Shown: positions 1 to 14,689, numbered from the stretch's first letter. The stretch: DNA of 64,000 nucleotides from Eledone cirrhosa (GCA_964016885.1 OZ024743.1:6696001-6760000), one strand, 5' to 3'. Numbers and translations are program-made. The notes: generated by a model from the letters alone, not told the origin.

Positions 1-206
1 TCGCAAATGTTTGCAATAACTACACATGCTGAATTCACTGGCCAAAATAGGGGTTTTCTCTCCTTAGAATATCGCATGTGCTTTCATAACCTGCGAGATT
101 CTGGCGCAAGAAAAACAAAAACCCGTTGAGAAAGCGATGCCTTGTTCGATCATTATACCAAAAGCTTATTTTTTATAATCAGACAGTATTATTGATTTAG
201 GTGTTG

Positions 207-397
207 ATTGAGGGCAGTGGATTGGCAGTATCGGTAAAGGGTCGGACGCCATGCTTTGACGCATAATTACGGCCCTTGCCATTCTGAGTTCAAATCCCGC
301 CGAGGTTAACTTTGCCTTTCATCCTTACGGGGTCGATAAAATAAAATACCAGTAATGTACTGGGATAATTGCTGGCCTTGTGCCAAAAGTAGAAACA
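207..397 (+). mobile_element. tRNA-derived SINE with Nin/Deu-type core (short-tail family), full length with 19-bp TSD
   Basis: A-box-like TGGCAGTATCGG, B-box GAGTTCAAATCC, core GCCTTTCATCCTTACGGGGTCGATAAAATAAAATACCAG, tail GGCCTTGTGCCAAAAGTAGAAAC. Direct repeat ATTATTGATTTAGGTGTTG at 188-206 and 398-416. Confidence 0.9.
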
Positions 398-685
398 ATT
401 ATTGATTTAGGTGTTGCAGAAACCCAATTTCGGAGTATTCCATCTTCCCCGAGGGTCCGGGTAACTATTTCAATCATATCTTATTTTGTTTGACCCGTTT
501 AGCTTGTTCGCTTTTATGGTTATGGTGGTTAATGGCTTCTTAACCATCGTCTCAGCGTGTATGACCATTTTAACTTATGTTTATAGCTCTGGTATCTTCT
601 TCTTCATATCCATGGAGCGCTTGTCTGCACAATATGGAAATTGCGTTTCGCTAATTTATACCCGCCGAAATGCGATTCTCGCTAA

Positions 686-747
<62 letters not shown>

Positions 748-998
748 TAAAAGATGTCTATAGAATCACAAGATAAAATATATACCATTTCCTCGCCCAA
801 TAAGCATAATTAACTATATAAAAAATCGAATAGACCAGGCTATAAGAATGAGGCTTCTATGAAGAAATCTCCAACAAATAACCGAAACTAGCCCTTCGCG
901 TCGGCCGCAATGGAATATTTATCGAATATTTCGACAGCGTAATCGCCCAGATACAGTCAACAGAATTATGTGTAAAATAAACTAGGAGAAAATAGAAT

Positions 999-1083
<85 letters not shown>

Positions 1084-1109
1084 GTGTGTGAGTGTGTGTG
1101 TTCTGTAAG

Positions 1110-1346
1110 AGCACTCGATGCTCTTACAGAGCAGAGTATAATATCACATAAGAAATTCTTCGAAGCACAGTTTCCAAAATTGGAAACTCTGCTTCGAAGA
1201 TTCGAGACGTATCTGAGTATCTTGCTATTTCAGAGTCAGGTTCGATCATTCCATCGATCGTGCCTCGAGCTGGTCGCCAGAGAAACGATTGTAATATGTC
1301 TAATAAATTTTATTCGTCGCACCACTGATTCTCCGTTTCTTATATG

Positions 1347-1350
<4 letters not shown>
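1110..1350. repeat. Palindromic stub between microsatellites, probable Penelope pseudo-LTR remnant
   Basis: Outer inverted repeat 1141-1155/1336-1350 (14/15) and internal hairpin 1157-1200. Carries a hammerhead 3' half (GAAACGATTGTA). Clearly homologous to 23390-23625. Confidence 0.6.
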
Positions 1351-1377
<27 letters not shown>

Positions 1378-1378
1378 C

Positions 1379-1528
<150 letters not shown>

Positions 1529-4500
1529 ACGTTGCGATTACAAACAAGAGGGAAAAGTTTTCAAAAATAAAGTAGGGAAAGTTATGTTTATTATATTCCT
1601 AAGATTACTCTTAGGAAATATTTATTTACGAAGTGATTTGTGATGTTTTAGAACGATTGGATGGGTGTACTAGTTAATAATAAGGGATAATCATGAGGAG
1701 AGGATTCGGTCAATCATTGCAAGCTTTGATTTCAGCAGAAGTTAATACGTCTGATGTCAAAACCGGCAAACTGAGTTGTCTGTGGTTATTGTGTAATCCG
1801 CTGCATCAATTTTTGTAATGTTCCCATGTTACTAATCTATTTACAATAGTAAAAATGTGACAAACCACTCTAATTATTTTTTTCGTGTATAGTAGATGCA
1901 GTGCAAAATGTTGTATTTTCAGGAAATCACTGTTTAGGGAAACATTAAATGTGTTCTGACTATCGTCTGTTATCTTCAGTGTGAATATATTCTTTAAATG
2001 TTCAAAATGTAGTATGTTATCTACAGGAGTAGAATAAGTCTAAATTGGACGTTGTCTCTGATGGACAGCTAGAAACAATCGTATTTAAAGCTATAGGGAA
2101 AGTCATAAATGTTATGTTGTGTCAGCTATCATGTCTCCCCAGTCGAACTATTGAAATAAATGTAACGGAATTGTAGCCTGCATATCACCGTAGAGATTAT
2201 CCTATCCTTGTTTTTACATTAGTATTAAACATTTGTTTGTACTAATTTCTTGAATGACTACAGATGGCAGAAAATTGAATAATTTCTTTTAGTTATTTAC
2301 TTTCTAAATTCTAATCCATCTTTTCGAGTCGACTTTTCATTTGATTCTTCTTGTTAATAAAATAAATATCTATCATATACTGAGACCTAGTATATCCCCT
2401 CCTTTAAAACTTTTGTTATTGTGTCAATATTAGAAATTAATATCAATTTTCCAGAAAGATTCACCGAAAACGTTTTGTGGAAAATTTGCTGAAAACAACC
2501 TACGTAATAAGCAGTTCAATTTTAATATTCTAAAAATACTCTCGCCTAATTTTTTTTATCATTAATTCATATTACTTAAATGTTTCATTAAATATTCATT
2601 CTCGTAACAATATTAGATTTAAGAAGCTCTAAAAATAAAAGCATCGTTCTTTTGTAAATAAATGAATAAATAACAAATAAATAAATTGATTATTAAATGT
2701 AGTTCTGCGAAACATCACTAGTTGATTTCCCCTTTCGATAAATACCAATCAATGCTTCTACGATCAAAATAGAATAAAAAATCCTTTGAAAATTATTTTC
2801 TTTAAATTATTTTAGTTCTATAAATCAATCAGTTCCGAATTAGTTGATAGGCAGTTGGTTTGAATGGTTACTCCCTAACAGGATATTGCATACGCATTCT
2901 CCATTTGTACAGTTTCAATTTTGTTCTTGACAATTCATAATTAATATTGATTTCTTTTGACTAGTCACAAATGTCTTATATATATATAGGAGCAAGAAAA
3001 TATGAAGTTGAGGCATTTACATTACTCTATATATAGTATTATATGTTCACAGTAAACACTTTATCTCATATAATTATCTCACATAATATTGAATCTATGA
3101 GATTTTGATATTATTTATTTTGAGAACAATACCTTTACATCAGTATGAGTGACCTGTTACGGCCAGTTTGATCAGAAAAAAGTGAGAGAATTCTGGTCGA
3201 ATACGGCCGGTTTAAATGCTAAAGGGTTAAATGCATTAGCAAATTAAGCGAAATCTTTTCATATAAGTATCGAATTTATATGCAAAATCAGTTTATCGCA
3301 AGCTTAACTCTTTTAGGTGAGTACCTAAGTGGCCAGCTAAAAGTAAGCTCTAAGCAAACTGAAATGGCAGTAATATTTCAGTACCAGTAATGAACTGGGT
3401 AATTGCTGGCCTTGTGCCTAAAGTAGAAACAAATATTTCAATACTTTTTGTAAGCCAATTCACTTCACTGTTGTTATTACTATTGAAAAGGCCTGAATAT
3501 CAGATTTCCTATAATTTCCCATCACTTAAATTTTAGGATCTTTAAACTCTTGGCAATATTAATCAAATTTTAAACCTCCAGAACTGGTATCTTAGGCCAT
3601 GTCTACATTCTGAGATCGCTGGAATTATCTTTGTTTAATCTCTAGTGAATCGGTAAAATAAATATGATTGATAATTGTTTTAGAAGTAGAACCAAGCAGG
3701 TAGGCCCATTCTCTAAAAAAAGAATTAGTCTCGTGCTTCACCAAAAAAAAAATCAATATTAAAGGTATTTACTCGCAAAGTAAAGTAACATTACCCACAC
3801 TAGACCATTTTTGCGAATTAATTGAGAAATAAAGTAATTTCATCTCACAAACGTCATTGGTGCTTTTGATAAAGAAATAAACGTTAGAGCATAAAGTTTT
3901 GAAATCTTTCTAAGAATAAGAAAAACATTAAGTCTTTATACTTCTATTTTTGTGTGACGTTCGTTAATAAGAACATTTGGTAAATAAAATGGGAGAAACT
4001 GCGTCTTAATGATGCATACATTGAATAGAATTACAGAGTTAAACTCAAAATGATTGTTTTTAATACTAGTGCACTTTATTGCCACCTTATCCTTGGATTA
4101 GCGTATGTTTCTATCTTAATTATGATCGTTATTTCTCTGATTTAGTATCGTTGTCGACTTCGGTATCGTCCCCATCGCCATCAAGATCACAACTACAACC
4201 ATCATCGTCATAAACATCATTACCATTGCTATTGGATTAACGTCTATTCGTTATCGCTAACATAAGCTAACACTAAACTGAAAAAAAGCATACCGCCAAA
4301 GCATTTATACATGCCTTACCTTAAGCGTCAACTACTAAATATTTGAATTGTCTCTTTTACATGATCATTTAACTAGAATTTATAGAAACCAACTTACGAC
4401 ATTTATTTTTAATTACTTATAGATTGCACTATATCAGCGTGGTCATATTGATTCCTTTTCAGATGTTAGACACCCTTTTACCACAACTTACGAACTACTT

Positions 4501-4674
4501 TTTATAGAGAACTAGAATCTTCCCATATATACGATACCTTTCGGTGAGTAGGATGATGTGTATAATAAAGTAAATTAAAATAATTAAAAATAAGAAGATG
4601 ACAATTACGCGGCATCTGCCAACACAAACGATTTTAGATCTTTAATATTATCATTAATAATAGATTAACTGAGA

Positions 4675-5172
4675 GCAGTGGAATGGCAGAATCGTTAGCG
4701 CGTCAAACAAATTCTTAGCAGTATATAATCGGCTCTTTCCTCTCCCCACCCCCAAATTGCTAGCCTAGTGTATAAATTAGAAATCATTATTATTTGAATT
4801 GGCAGTATCGGTAGAGGGTCGGACATGCTTTCCAGCATAGTTACGTCCCTTTACGATCTGAGTTCAAATCCAGCCGAGGTTAACTTTGCCTTTCATCCTT
4901 ACGGGGTCGATAAAATAAAGTACCAGTAATACACTGGGATAATTGCTGGCGTTGTGCCAAAAAGTAGAAACAATTATTATTAGGGGCGGTGAATTGGCAG
5001 TATCGGTAGAGTGTCGGACATGCTTTCCAGCGTAGTTACGTCCCTTTACGATCTGAGTTCAAATCCCACCGAGGTTAACTTTGCCTTTCATCCTTACGGG
5101 GTCGATAAAATAAAGTACCAGTAATGTACTGGGTAATTGCTGGCCTTGTGCCAAAAGTAGAAACAATTATTA
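4675..5172 (+). mobile_element. Head-to-tail cluster of three Nin-domain SINEs (older internally deleted copy 4675-4790; copies 4795-4978 and 4983-5172)
   Basis: The two right-hand copies are nearly identical to each other and share head, core and tail with 207-397. Each copy begins in the ATT-rich tail of the one before. Confidence 0.88.
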
Positions 5173-5723
5173 TTGGAGTGTTACCCGTCATATGACGTGT
5201 AATTTGAAGAGAATACGTTTATCATTGTGGCCAATAGTAGATAAGTATATAAAGTGCATTAATATAAAATAAATAAATAAATAATACATTAAAAATAAAT
5301 AAATAAATAAATTAGTTAATTCTCTATGCAAACAGTACTGCTGGTCCATCTGGGGTTACAGCGTCTAACATAATCCAAAGGAGTGAAAGACGAAAGACAA
5401 AGCATTAATTTATAGCCGTTAAACTACAAAACATCGGAGACGTCAGAGAAATGTGTGGTGCCTCATAGCACGAGATATGATTGAAACAAAGAAAAAAAAA
5501 GAAAGAAAAAAAGCATGAAGGAAGTAATATATCGTGTATATATAAATCAGAGTTGTATTATTTCATGTATTTTCATTTCTTATACAATATCAAGTTTTGA
5601 CCCAAAAGGTCTATAAACACCTTATGTAGTCCCATCGACATGTTCTAAATAATATATCAACATTTAATACAACGTAACTTTTCAACCTAATAATTTACTC
5701 ATGTTATTGCTCTTATAAGAATA

Positions 5724-5937
5724 CGATGTTCGGCGGAAAAGTCCATAGGCTGAAACTTCATAAGCTGACCTAAGATACTCCCATGGAATGACCAAATGAG
5801 GTTTATTTTTCAACATTCTTCCTGGAAAGAAACAATGCATTTATTAATAAGAAGAGTTGACATTAATGCATGCAAGATTTCACATAGCTAGCATCACTCT
5901 ACCATAGCTAGTCTATGAACTTTTCAGCATACCCTCG
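5724..5937. mobile_element. Non-autonomous Tc1/mariner-type MITE
   Basis: TA dinucleotides at 5722-5723 and 5938-5939 flank degenerate TIRs: left CGATGTTCGGCGGAAAAGTCCATAGGCT, right (reverse complement) CGAGGGTATGCTGAAAAGTTCATAGACT. Confidence 0.7.
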
Positions 5938-6704
5938 TAAAATATTGTTCGGCAAGAAACAACACACGTTGTTATTTGAACCACTTCTGTAAAAGTATTT
6001 CCTTCTGAATGTTTCATACGACTTAAAATCTTGAGTAGAAATTCAGAATTAATGAAAAATACGTGAATAGTGTCTTGGCTTATTATCTTTGTTAAATAAT
6101 GCTATTGATTGTATACAAGATCCTGTCCAAGCAAAACTCTTAGGATGATCATTTTCATCGAATTTGATATTTGATGCCGTTTCGCTTTGTTTTCATTCGA
6201 AATAACTTTTGAAACTAAAACATTTTTTCTTCTGACGATGAAAGATTAGAGCTGATGATGAAAGACGATAAAAGATTATATATTTTGTTGCTAATTTTGT
6301 TTTGTACACAGGAGAATAGTTTTATAAATACCACATAATTATTTGTTCCATTTATAAATTAGCATCACAATCGATCATAGGGTAATATAATAAGATCTTT
6401 GTTTTTGTTTGTTTTGTTTGTTTGTTTGTTTTTAAGTACTATTAAAATATAAAGTATCATGAAATGTATAAGAAAACATTTGTTTTACAATTACATTAAA
6501 ATACAACTGTATCTTTCTTACTTGGGATCATTCTTGCATGATATAAAATGAAAAGCATAGCAGCGGTCACAAAATATTCGATGAAGATATAAACAATACC
6601 TATTTAGATATTTTTTCTGTATTCTTGCTATTTAAGAGTAAACAAGAGAGGTTTTAATTATGTTCCTACCTAAGTAAATAATCGGGGTATATTATTTTTC
6701 CTTA

Positions 6705-6901
6705 AGGGGTCGATAAAATAAAGTACCAGTAATGCACTGGGTAATTGCTGGCCTTGTGCCAAAAAGTAGAAACAATTATTGCTATATATTATATAATCCC
6801 GCCGAGGTTGACTTTGCCTTTCATCCTTACCGGGTCGATAAAATAAAGTACCAGTAATGTACTGGGTAATTGCTGGCCTTGTGCCTAAAGTAGAAACAAT
6901 T
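6705..6901 (+). mobile_element. Two tandem 5'-truncated Nin-domain SINE fragments
   Basis: GGGTCGATAAAATAAAGTACCAGTAATG...AGTAGAAACAATT occurs twice. Confidence 0.88.
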
Positions 6902-8979
6902 ATATATACTATGTCTCCCAAACTTTGGAATGCATCCCATACGCCTGAATGAAATGTTATGAAGTTAGATTTAACAGAGAGTATTTAAAATTATATCTAA
7001 TATTAAAAATTCAGTAAAAGTTCTAATTGAAACATTGATTTCTTTTACTTTGTCACAAAACTGATTTTTGCAAAGAGGAGATGTAATGAACTAAAACAAC
7101 TTATTTTGTGAAGGCTGCGGGGTAAAAAATAAAAGTTAAAAGACCAAATTTAAATTTGAAACCGATTCTATCATCTCGGCCAATGCTTTCAATTACAATA
7201 ATAGTAAAACAATGTTGTCTCTGGTCGAGATGAAGCGGAAGTGTATTTGAATACATATAAAAATAAGAAAACTCATCTAAATACTGTCAAAGATGGCGAT
7301 GGGCAAAAATGCCTCAGAGGACAGAGACCAGCGGCCAGTGGTCAACAGAGAGACAATCCATAAGGTGGGGGACATGTAGATGAAATATAGAAAAGACTGA
7401 AAGAGAGTGTTTTTTTTTTTAATGTTGGTGAAATCCACTAGCAAACCGGGGAAAGATTAGATGGTAGAAAATATCCATTTGCCTTTGTTTTCTTTTTTAG
7501 TTTGCTAAATTATCTCGGATAGTTAGAGTTCATCTAAAAGCACTGTATCCTCTCCTACAACTGTAATGAAACCTTCCAAATAACAACACATTATATTTAA
7601 TGGATTGGAGATAGGTACTTTTTGAGCTTAATGCTAACAATTTCCAAAGTATAATAAATAAATTATTTCTCTTTTTTTATCTCAGTGTATTCGATATGCA
7701 GAATATTAAAATCTTTGTAATATTCATTTAAGCATACTGAAAGTAAAACTCATCATAGAATATGTTATTTAAAAATCTAGTCGATATTTTCTTTATTGAA
7801 ACGAAAGTACGTCTTTTCACAAGAAAAAAATTGCCCAGCAAAGCATTGTAAGAAACCTTTGTTTAGGTTTATAAAACCTATTCGACTCATTTTCACGCTG
7901 TTTTCTCTACTATTATAAAATGACAGGAAATAAATTAGTTAGCATAAAATCGTTATTCACAGCAACCTAAAGGATTCAATACATTGAAGAAAGGAAAATA
8001 AATGAATTATGCGTTTGATGATTACATATTTTATATGCATGAATGGTTGAGTAACATCTGTTGTCAAATATGAGGCAGTATTAATTTTTTTCACCATGAC
8101 TGAGCAATTCGTCTGTCTTCTCTTTGTTATTCCTTCATTTATTTAGATTCTTTGAAATATCAAATATTTAAAATGGCCTATGATTTATGAATACAAGTAA
8201 TTAAAAATATTTATATTAACTGGTAAACATACTCCCATAAACAGAGTTTCTTTTTTAAAAATAAATAGTTATTTTCATTTGCACACAATAGACTTTATAG
8301 ATTTGATTATAGATTCTACTATTCAGAATTGTTTTGAAGATTTGTTTTGAAGATTTTGTTTTTCTTATATAAAAATGTTGTTTACTTTATTTTATTATGC
8401 AACACTTTTAGTAAATTTAATTACAAGGTATAATATATTTGATTATCTAAATTATCTTCTAAAACTGTGAATTAATACTGGCATAAGCTTTCTATAAAAG
8501 TAAGTGTATTCCTTTCGGTCAAAAATCATAAATAAATGAAACTCTCAAATATCTTTCTGTATCTTTTTTCTGCGCCTGTTATTGTCACTACAGCAGAACT
8601 TGCTTGCTCTGTATTACTCAAAACATTAACGTAAATATTTATTTTTATCCCACATTCTAAGTACACCCAACCACAGTCCATCCTGTTTCCATTTCTTGAT
8701 TATACTCCAAGTTTGTTGCTACAGTAATTCAATATATTTTGAGAAATCGGTCTAATACAATTCATCTTTCGTCTTGTTTGAAAATGTGTAACTTCGTATA
8801 GCTTTACGATGATTCCAAGTTTCTGAAACTATTTTGTACTTCATAATTAATAACAAATTGAATATTACTCGGATATTATCTCTACATTATGGATTTCCTT
8901 TTATGCCATCTTTTTAATTATTTAGTCCAATGAGGAAAGACGTGGGGAAGTTAATAGCCTGCAATCTCCAACTGGTGAA

Positions 8980-9160
8980 ATTGTTGTTTAACCCAAATTC
9001 ACCTGCCCTACATCCCAGTTGTGGCCATTCCATGAAAGACACCATGCACTCGGGACTATATTATCCGATGTGTTCTTTTCTAAGACGGTAGGGTGTAATT
9101 TGGGGGAGATTTAGTTGCTATTTTTAGCAGATTATGCGATCACAAGGAGGCTCCCTCGTT
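8980..9160 (-). repeat. Old interspersed repeat, probable SINE (second copy at 39470-39670)
   Basis: Shared blocks TTTAACCC, GGACTA...TATC..ATGTGT, TAAGA..GTAGGGTGTAATTTGG, TTT.TAGCAG with 39470-39670. Confidence 0.6.
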
Positions 9161-10154
9161 AAAGTTAATATAATTGATGTTGAATTTTTTGTATGCTGTT
9201 ACCTGAGGGGAAGGTAGGAATAAAAAGAAAGTACCAGTGGCTGCAATTCTGGGAGGAAGGTTTGAGAAAAGAATTTGGTGCATGGTTTAGAGATGAGATA
9301 TAATAAGGATTGTCAGAAGAGATGCGTATATGCTTCTGTAGATTCGGAGGAATAGAAGAGTGGTAGTCACATTAGTAGATAAAAAAAATAACACGTGAGT
9401 GTTGGTGGGTGAATCATTACTAATCAACAAAAGTCTAGTTAGCAGTAGTCTAATTGTGGTTCTTAATTGAGGGGGTTAGCAAATAATTAAGGGTAAAGTA
9501 TGTTCGCTTTAAAACGGTGTTAGTAGAAAGTCACTTGAACGGTCATCAAATATTGTTAGGCCTAGATTTCGTAGCAACTTTCAGAGTTCTAGTTGTGTTG
9601 ATAAGTGAAATGATTTTGACTCCCGATAACTTTCCCGTTAGTTTCTTTTTTATGAAGTGAAATGAAAATATGTAGACATTAATAGGTCAGATATTTTAGT
9701 AATAATAAATATTATGTCTCTACTTTGTATCAGTTTAATGATTACAATATATTGAATTAGATTGGATTGGCTTTTAAGGAGAGTGATCTTTGAAATTATT
9801 CTCCAGTTTGTATATATCGAACTGTAAATGTGAATTGATTGCCACAGGCTGTAGTCTTGTTTGTCTTCACCGAGAGTCAGGTTCGTTATTGCTAGTGTTT
9901 GTTTTTATTTTATTTTATTTTACCTGTTAGCTATGTCATCTATATTTTTATGAGATAACTTTCAAGCATTTATGCATTTTATTCGTTTATTAAATGGGAG
10001 TTTACTGTGGATATTTGCGTTGTGGTAATGGGAATTTTATTCCATTTATTTATATTCTGTTCATGATTGAACGTTTGCTCAAAACTTAAATGGTAGCCAA
10101 TTTATATATGAGTGTGTGTATAAACACACACACACAAATATATATATATATATA

Positions 10155-11172
10155 TGGTGGCTGCCAACTCGTTTCCGAGTACGGCCACTACCTTATATCC
10201 ATGTAGGAGAACCCCTACCGATGCGCTGAACGAGTGTGACTTTTTAGTCCAGCCAGCGACTTGAAAACTCTGGTACAAACACTACACTTGTGACAATTAC
10301 TGACACATAGTGCTGGGCCCATGGTACCATGTGATGACAAATGCAGAGAGATCTCCAGATATAAAGCAATGCCTGTGCCGTGAAGCTTTTATAGTGAGCA
10401 AAGGCACAGCACAAAGCTAGTCCCTCTCTCTTAACCAAGATGATATTTACCAAAAAGAAGAACAAGTTAACATCATTGGATACCATCAGGGTTGCAGGTG
10501 TTATATCAGAGTTTTCCTTCTCCTAGAATTCTGCCTTGACAAAGGCTAACATACATACATACACGGTGGCTGCCAACTCGTTTTCGAGTACGGCCACTAC
10601 TTTATATCCATGTAGGAGAACCCCTACCGATGCGCTGAACGAGTGTGACTTTTTAGTCCAGCCAGCGACTTGAAAACTCTGGTACAAACACTACACTTGT
10701 GACAATTATTGACACATAGTGCTGGGCCCATGGTACCATGTGACGACAAGTGCAGAGAGATCTCCAGATATAAAGCAATGCCTGTGCCGTGAAGCTTTTA
10801 TAGTGAGCAAAGGCACTGCACAAAGCCAGTCCCACTCTCTTAACCAAGATGATATTTACCAAAAAGAAGAACAAGTCAACATCATTGGATACCATCAGGG
10901 TTGCAGGTGTTATATCAGAGTTTTCCTTCTCCTAGAATTCTGCCTTGACAAAGGCTAAGGGGTCATCTCTCCCAGTGATTTTGGATGGCCATTGACTCTT
11001 AAGAGCTCCTTTGCCCTTTGACAGGTTTTGTTTTTAGTCCTGCAGGATGTCCAAAGTCACCCTCCTCACCAAGAAACCTTGGTGGGGTTGCCAGTTTAGT
11101 CGCCAACGACCCGACCATGAGACAGGTTGTACTGGGATACATGTTACCAGTAGCACCAACTGGTGACCTGAC
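10155..11172 (-). mobile_element. Bipartite RTE-derived non-autonomous retroelement: complete copy 10565-11172 plus tandem 5'-truncated copy 10155-10548
   Basis: About 390-bp near-identical direct duplication. The minus strand has the RTE 5'-region motif CTAGGAGAAGGAAAACTCTG and an RTE-like 3' end, with (CATA)n/(TA)n flanks. A diverged relative lies at 61975-62430. Confidence 0.7.
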
Positions 11173-13770
11173 ATACATACATACATGCATACATACATAC
11201 ATACATACATACATACATACATACATACATACATACATACATACATACATACATACATACATACATACATACATTAAAAACATTACCGTTTTTTTTTTCA
11301 TCTTTTATATTAGGGACTTTTTATATTTCCTTATTAATTCTTTATGTTTGGTTTGTAACAATAGCCTTCTTAAACCCATAAATATATTCATCCGACGTGG
11401 AAAATGTTACTAGTACTCTCACGATTCTTTGCAGTCACTGTTAATCACGCGAACCAGTACGCCCCTACTACAGTCATTATTTTCTGAAGATGTGACTGTG
11501 AAAGTCTCAAATCTGTAAAAGACTTGGGATTATCTACTAAGTATGAAAACATTATATAGATATTTAATTCCCTCTTAATTTCACAAATATTATTAGAATA
11601 CAAAATTTAGATGACGTACAAAATGTTTATGGGTGACATTAGTTTTCTTCTTTTTTTTCCTGCTCTTCCAAATATGAGCTTTTAACAAGCATCGTGCTTG
11701 AAAGGGCGGATGAAGGCAGATTATCACCTATGAAAACTTAACAGGTTTTTATAAGTGGTACTATGCTAGTCTATTTTCATGGAATATTTCTCTTCTAATA
11801 TTCCTGTGAGTAATGCAGTTATTTCAGTTTTCAGTTGATTATAACTTGTCAACTATTCCAAATTATAGATATAGGAAATCTCGTAACTAGAGAAAGGAAA
11901 ACTTAAGTAAGTAACTTTCTAGTGACATCTTCAAACGACGTTTCTACCTATAAATCTGTTTACTTTATTTACCAAATTTATTTAGTTCATACACTGAATA
12001 ATAAATTCTGTATTTTACGTGATACCATGCTAATATATTTTTTCATTGTCGTTAGAAATATTAGGAAAACATTTAAAAAGTGCTTATCTACTTTAGGTTT
12101 TCATTTGTTTCAATCAATATCTTTTTCCTTTAGGTAAAATTCAGCATATGACTACCACTACGAGTATCACCGAGCATATATGCAAGCTTTTCTATTAACA
12201 ATTTTTAAATGCAAATGGATGATTAAGTCACCCAACATTGATCTTTGATCTTGCATAGGATGTGTAATGTAGACCATTTACTTTGATAAGTTCGTTCAAT
12301 TACTAGGCGTTTTCAGAAATAGTTCTGAAAACATCAAGATATTAGATAAGACTATAACTGTTGATGTTCGCTTAAGTTGTTGCAGGAAATAAGATATATA
12401 TGAATAGGTATTTCCATGGAGATACAGCTCTAGGAAAGAAGTTAGTTATGAGGGCAAAGTTTTAGTACTAATCAGGTTAACAATGCGAGCGAAAATCACG
12501 GACGTGTATAAGTGCATCATTCGGCTTGGTGATATATCATTTGCCTAAAAATGCAGAGGCTATTGTAATATAGGTAGAAAAGATGGCCAACCAGATGTTG
12601 TATGTACTTTCTTGAATACGTGGAGTTATTCACTGAATTTGAACAAAAATATGCAAAGCTGAAGATATTGATGAGAATTCTATTGATATTTACTACCAAA
12701 CGGTTTCAAATATTGTGCGGCATACCGAAGTATTTAGTGTTACGTATTCATTTTTATATCTTTTAACATTTTCCTTTAAATTTAACTTTTCTTTTAAATT
12801 ACTTTTTTTTAAATTCTGTAACGTAAAAGGTATAAATATTTTTCGACGAGTATCGATGCTAACTTGTATTAGTGAAGCAAATGTATACATATAGGAGATA
12901 TAACTGCCCATTCCAACTTCCTTCCGATATTAATATTCATATTCATGTATTGTTTTCAGTGTTATTGGATCTATTTTCATTCCCTTTAATTAGCAAAGTT
13001 ATTAATCCAATATATTGTATATTAAACCAATATGTTGCATTAAATCCGAAATCAATTTAACTAAGTAAATTCTATTCAATGGAAACAACAAATAATATAC
13101 ATTCAATGCTAAAAATATATATATTCCCGCTGTCCTTTCTCGGTGGCAGCAACATAACCATTTCGGAAATAGTCGCATTGACACCAAATGAAACATGTCA
13201 TTACATTAAAATCTCTAATATCAGAAGCAGGAAATCAACTAATATCTTTCTTTGCAGACTTTACTTGGTGCATTGATTTTTACTTGTTCTAACCTGATGT
13301 ATTAGAACATATCGTGGTAAATCAATCAGTTTCTTAGGATCAATTAATTTTAGAAATTTTTGCGAACATGATCGAATATTCTCCACTTTTATATGTATAA
13401 GGTGTTAGAGTTTTCAAAACGTTACAATGTTTGGCTTTCGAAATATATAAATAAACATGTATCAAATATGCATGTACATGTCTGATAACTGACGATCAGC
13501 AAGGTATATGTAATTTATATATTCAATTACATATAAATGCATGTGTGTGTGTGTGTGTAAATACCAATTCGAGATTAATAGAGAACAAACCCAATGACAG
13601 AAATCGAATCTCACATCTCTTGATTAAAACATTGAGTTCATGGCGAGCTTCTCCACCAAACGAATCTTGTTCTTTGTTGTTCTCAAATTGTTTAACTTTA
13701 GAAAAAATTTAGTCTTTTTATATTTTGTCTGCATTTCAGAGACGTGCAATTATTATTAACTGGTTTATTT

Positions 13771-14185
13771 GGACCAGTGTCCTTATCGTGGTTGTTATAA
13801 TCACGCTTCAGGAGATATATGCTCCGACCTTATTTAGGTGACTATTAGTTTCGGTAAAGTTCTTAGAATTTTGAATCAATCCCCTTATTCAAACTATGGG
13901 GCAGGGTAGACTGTTCTCATTCCGCTGTTCATGTATCCTTGATTTAATTAATCTATCTACTTGAGATTTCGCTCTATTTTATGACCAGCATATAACACTT
14001 AACCAATGATTTTTACTATGAAATTGTCCCACGTGACACGCACCTAAAGAACGCCTGAGTGTACAACAGTCGAAACATTGTAATTATAGCAACCATGGAG
14101 AGGATATTAGTCCGAATAAATTAGTTTATTATAGAAAAATAAATTATAGAAAAATAAAATCTCGTGTCCAGACACGAGATTTTAA
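13771..14185. repeat. Old inverted pair of a short repeat (13771-13840 minus, 14041-14113 plus) plus a short hairpin at about 14157-14184
   Basis: Reverse complement of the left copy (CACCTAAATAAGG...GGACACTGGTCC) aligns with CACCTAAAGAACG...GGATATTAGTCC. Hairpin AAAATCTCGTGTC-CA-GACACGAGATTTT. Confidence 0.55.
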
Positions 14186-14689
14186 ATAGTAAATGACACC
14201 ACAAATTCATCCAAACCGATATCTTGTTGGATCAATGCTTTCCTTGGGATTTCCTATATATTGTCTTCGGTAGCTTTAAATAACACCAATTGTTGCTGTT
14301 ATTCATTTATTTTCTCCCACTATGCTGTTCTCTTTGTGCTGTTATAATTTTATGTTGAATTTGATGTGATATGAAGAAACATCTGCTCTTTTAATTATTC
14401 TGTGTATCACCAATAAAAATGTTTATTTTATTCTAAGTTAAACGCTTATAGAAGAAACATTTAAGTAGTTAGACAAACTATTTCCATGGCCCTGTATGCT
14501 CATGGTTTCAATTATTATTCGCTTTGTCCTGCAAGACAAAAACATCTCCAAATCTGCCCGCCTATATTCGGTTTTCCGATCCTTGTTATAGATCATTCAA
14601 TTGATATTTTTATTATGTAAAATACTGTTGATAATTTCAGCTCATCACTTTGCTTACATGAAAATTTCTCGAGATGCATCGTAATTGGC

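Noticed and set aside
6232-6275. CTGACGA-T-GAAA and CTGATGA-T-GAAA in tandem
   Set aside because: There is no room for helix II and no NUH or helix I pairing.
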